From NCBI GenBank assembly GCA_036569845.1, contig DATCPY010000180.1, forward strand, positions 1 to 51,217: a stretch of DNA of 51,217 nt, written 5' to 3'. Of this stretch, positions 51,194 to 51,217 are shown piece after piece. How positions within the stretch are numbered: the first letter of the stretch is position 1; each line of letters begins with the position of its first letter. The notes under the pieces were generated by a model. That model worked only from the letters and a program-made list of their open reading frames with translations, made no database searches and was not told where the DNA came from. This DNA comes from Candidatus Limnocylindria bacterium. Lineage in GTDB: Bacteria > Chloroflexota > Limnocylindria > P2-11E. Made by a program: the position numbers and the translations under genes.

Positions 51194-51217
51194 ATGAGCG
51201 CGCGGCTCCTCGTCAAG
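51194..51217 (+). CDS. 5' fragment of an unidentified ORF (MSARLLVK...) running off the window
   Basis: The ATG lies 13 nt after the regulator stop. Only 8 codons are visible, so no call is possible. Confidence 0.2.

Noticed and set aside
1-51217. CRISPR arrays, rRNA/tRNA genes, IS elements, integrases, prophage or defence islands
   Set aside because: I saw no regularly spaced direct repeats and no long non-coding stretch; the largest gap is 237 nt. No transposase, recombinase or phage structural signature appears in any frame. The only phage-flavoured gene is the solitary RusA-like ORF. A tRNA scan by eye is imperfect, so tRNAscan-SE/Infernal should confirm.

Overview
Very GC-rich (about 70% by eye, not computed), extremely gene-dense bacterial chromosomal segment. 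I call 58 protein-coding genes plus one 8-codon fragment at the right edge. I found no rRNA or tRNA, no CRISPR array, and no transposase, integrase or other recognisable mobile element. Content in order: (1) an F420 block (partial LLM oxidoreductase, PPOX-class enzyme, cofE) abutted by a bacterial SET-domain gene and a small Gly-rich double zinc-ribbon protein. (2) A minus-strand OmpR/His-kinase pair followed by two tandem RimJ-like GNAT genes. (3) PIG-L deacetylase, a membrane-anchored NERD protein, a SIS sugar isomerase/deaminase and an XRE regulator. (4) A ~9.3 kb minus-strand operon (MarR, two GH3 NagZ-like enzymes, an AmiE-like beta-lactamase-fold hydrolase, AnmK, a BadF-type sugar kinase, MurQ, a YdjC/ChbG deacetylase, a GHL10 hydrolase) that reads as a complete MurNAc/anhydro-MurNAc cell-wall recycling pathway. 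(5) YceI, an orphan RusA-like gene, a membrane-anchored SUOX-type molybdoenzyme, an S9 peptidase, a GNAT and hypothetical/membrane proteins. (6) A UbiE-like methyltransferase, acyl-CoA dehydrogenase, acyl-CoA ligase and GMC (fatty-alcohol-oxidase-like) operon. (7) A LipJ-like hydrolase-cyclase fusion, glycosylasparaginase and TauE. (8) A minus-strand operon ilvA-like, yjbQ, tldD, pmbA, hypothetical, uppP, SDR. (9) The housekeeping chain prmC-tsaC-rpiB-glyA-upp-wecA, followed by DUF72, a second S9 peptidase, DUF3052 and a single-domain response regulator. Gene content and promoter geometry (TANNNT -10 hexamers 6-8 nt from start codons) suggest an Actinomycetota-like lineage. I did not recognise a defence island or any clearly novel multi-gene system. 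The unusual signals are at the expression level. Several genes have conserved N-terminal or catalytic motifs upstream of the first ATG/GTG/TTG; three of them have only a near-cognate codon (CTG, CTG, ATA), sitting in a 4-nt stop/start overlap. Four convergent gene pairs share a palindromic CTAG double stop. Mirror-symmetric back-to-back leaderless promoters sit in 17-24 nt divergent gaps. All functional calls rest on motif recognition by eye; no database search was run.
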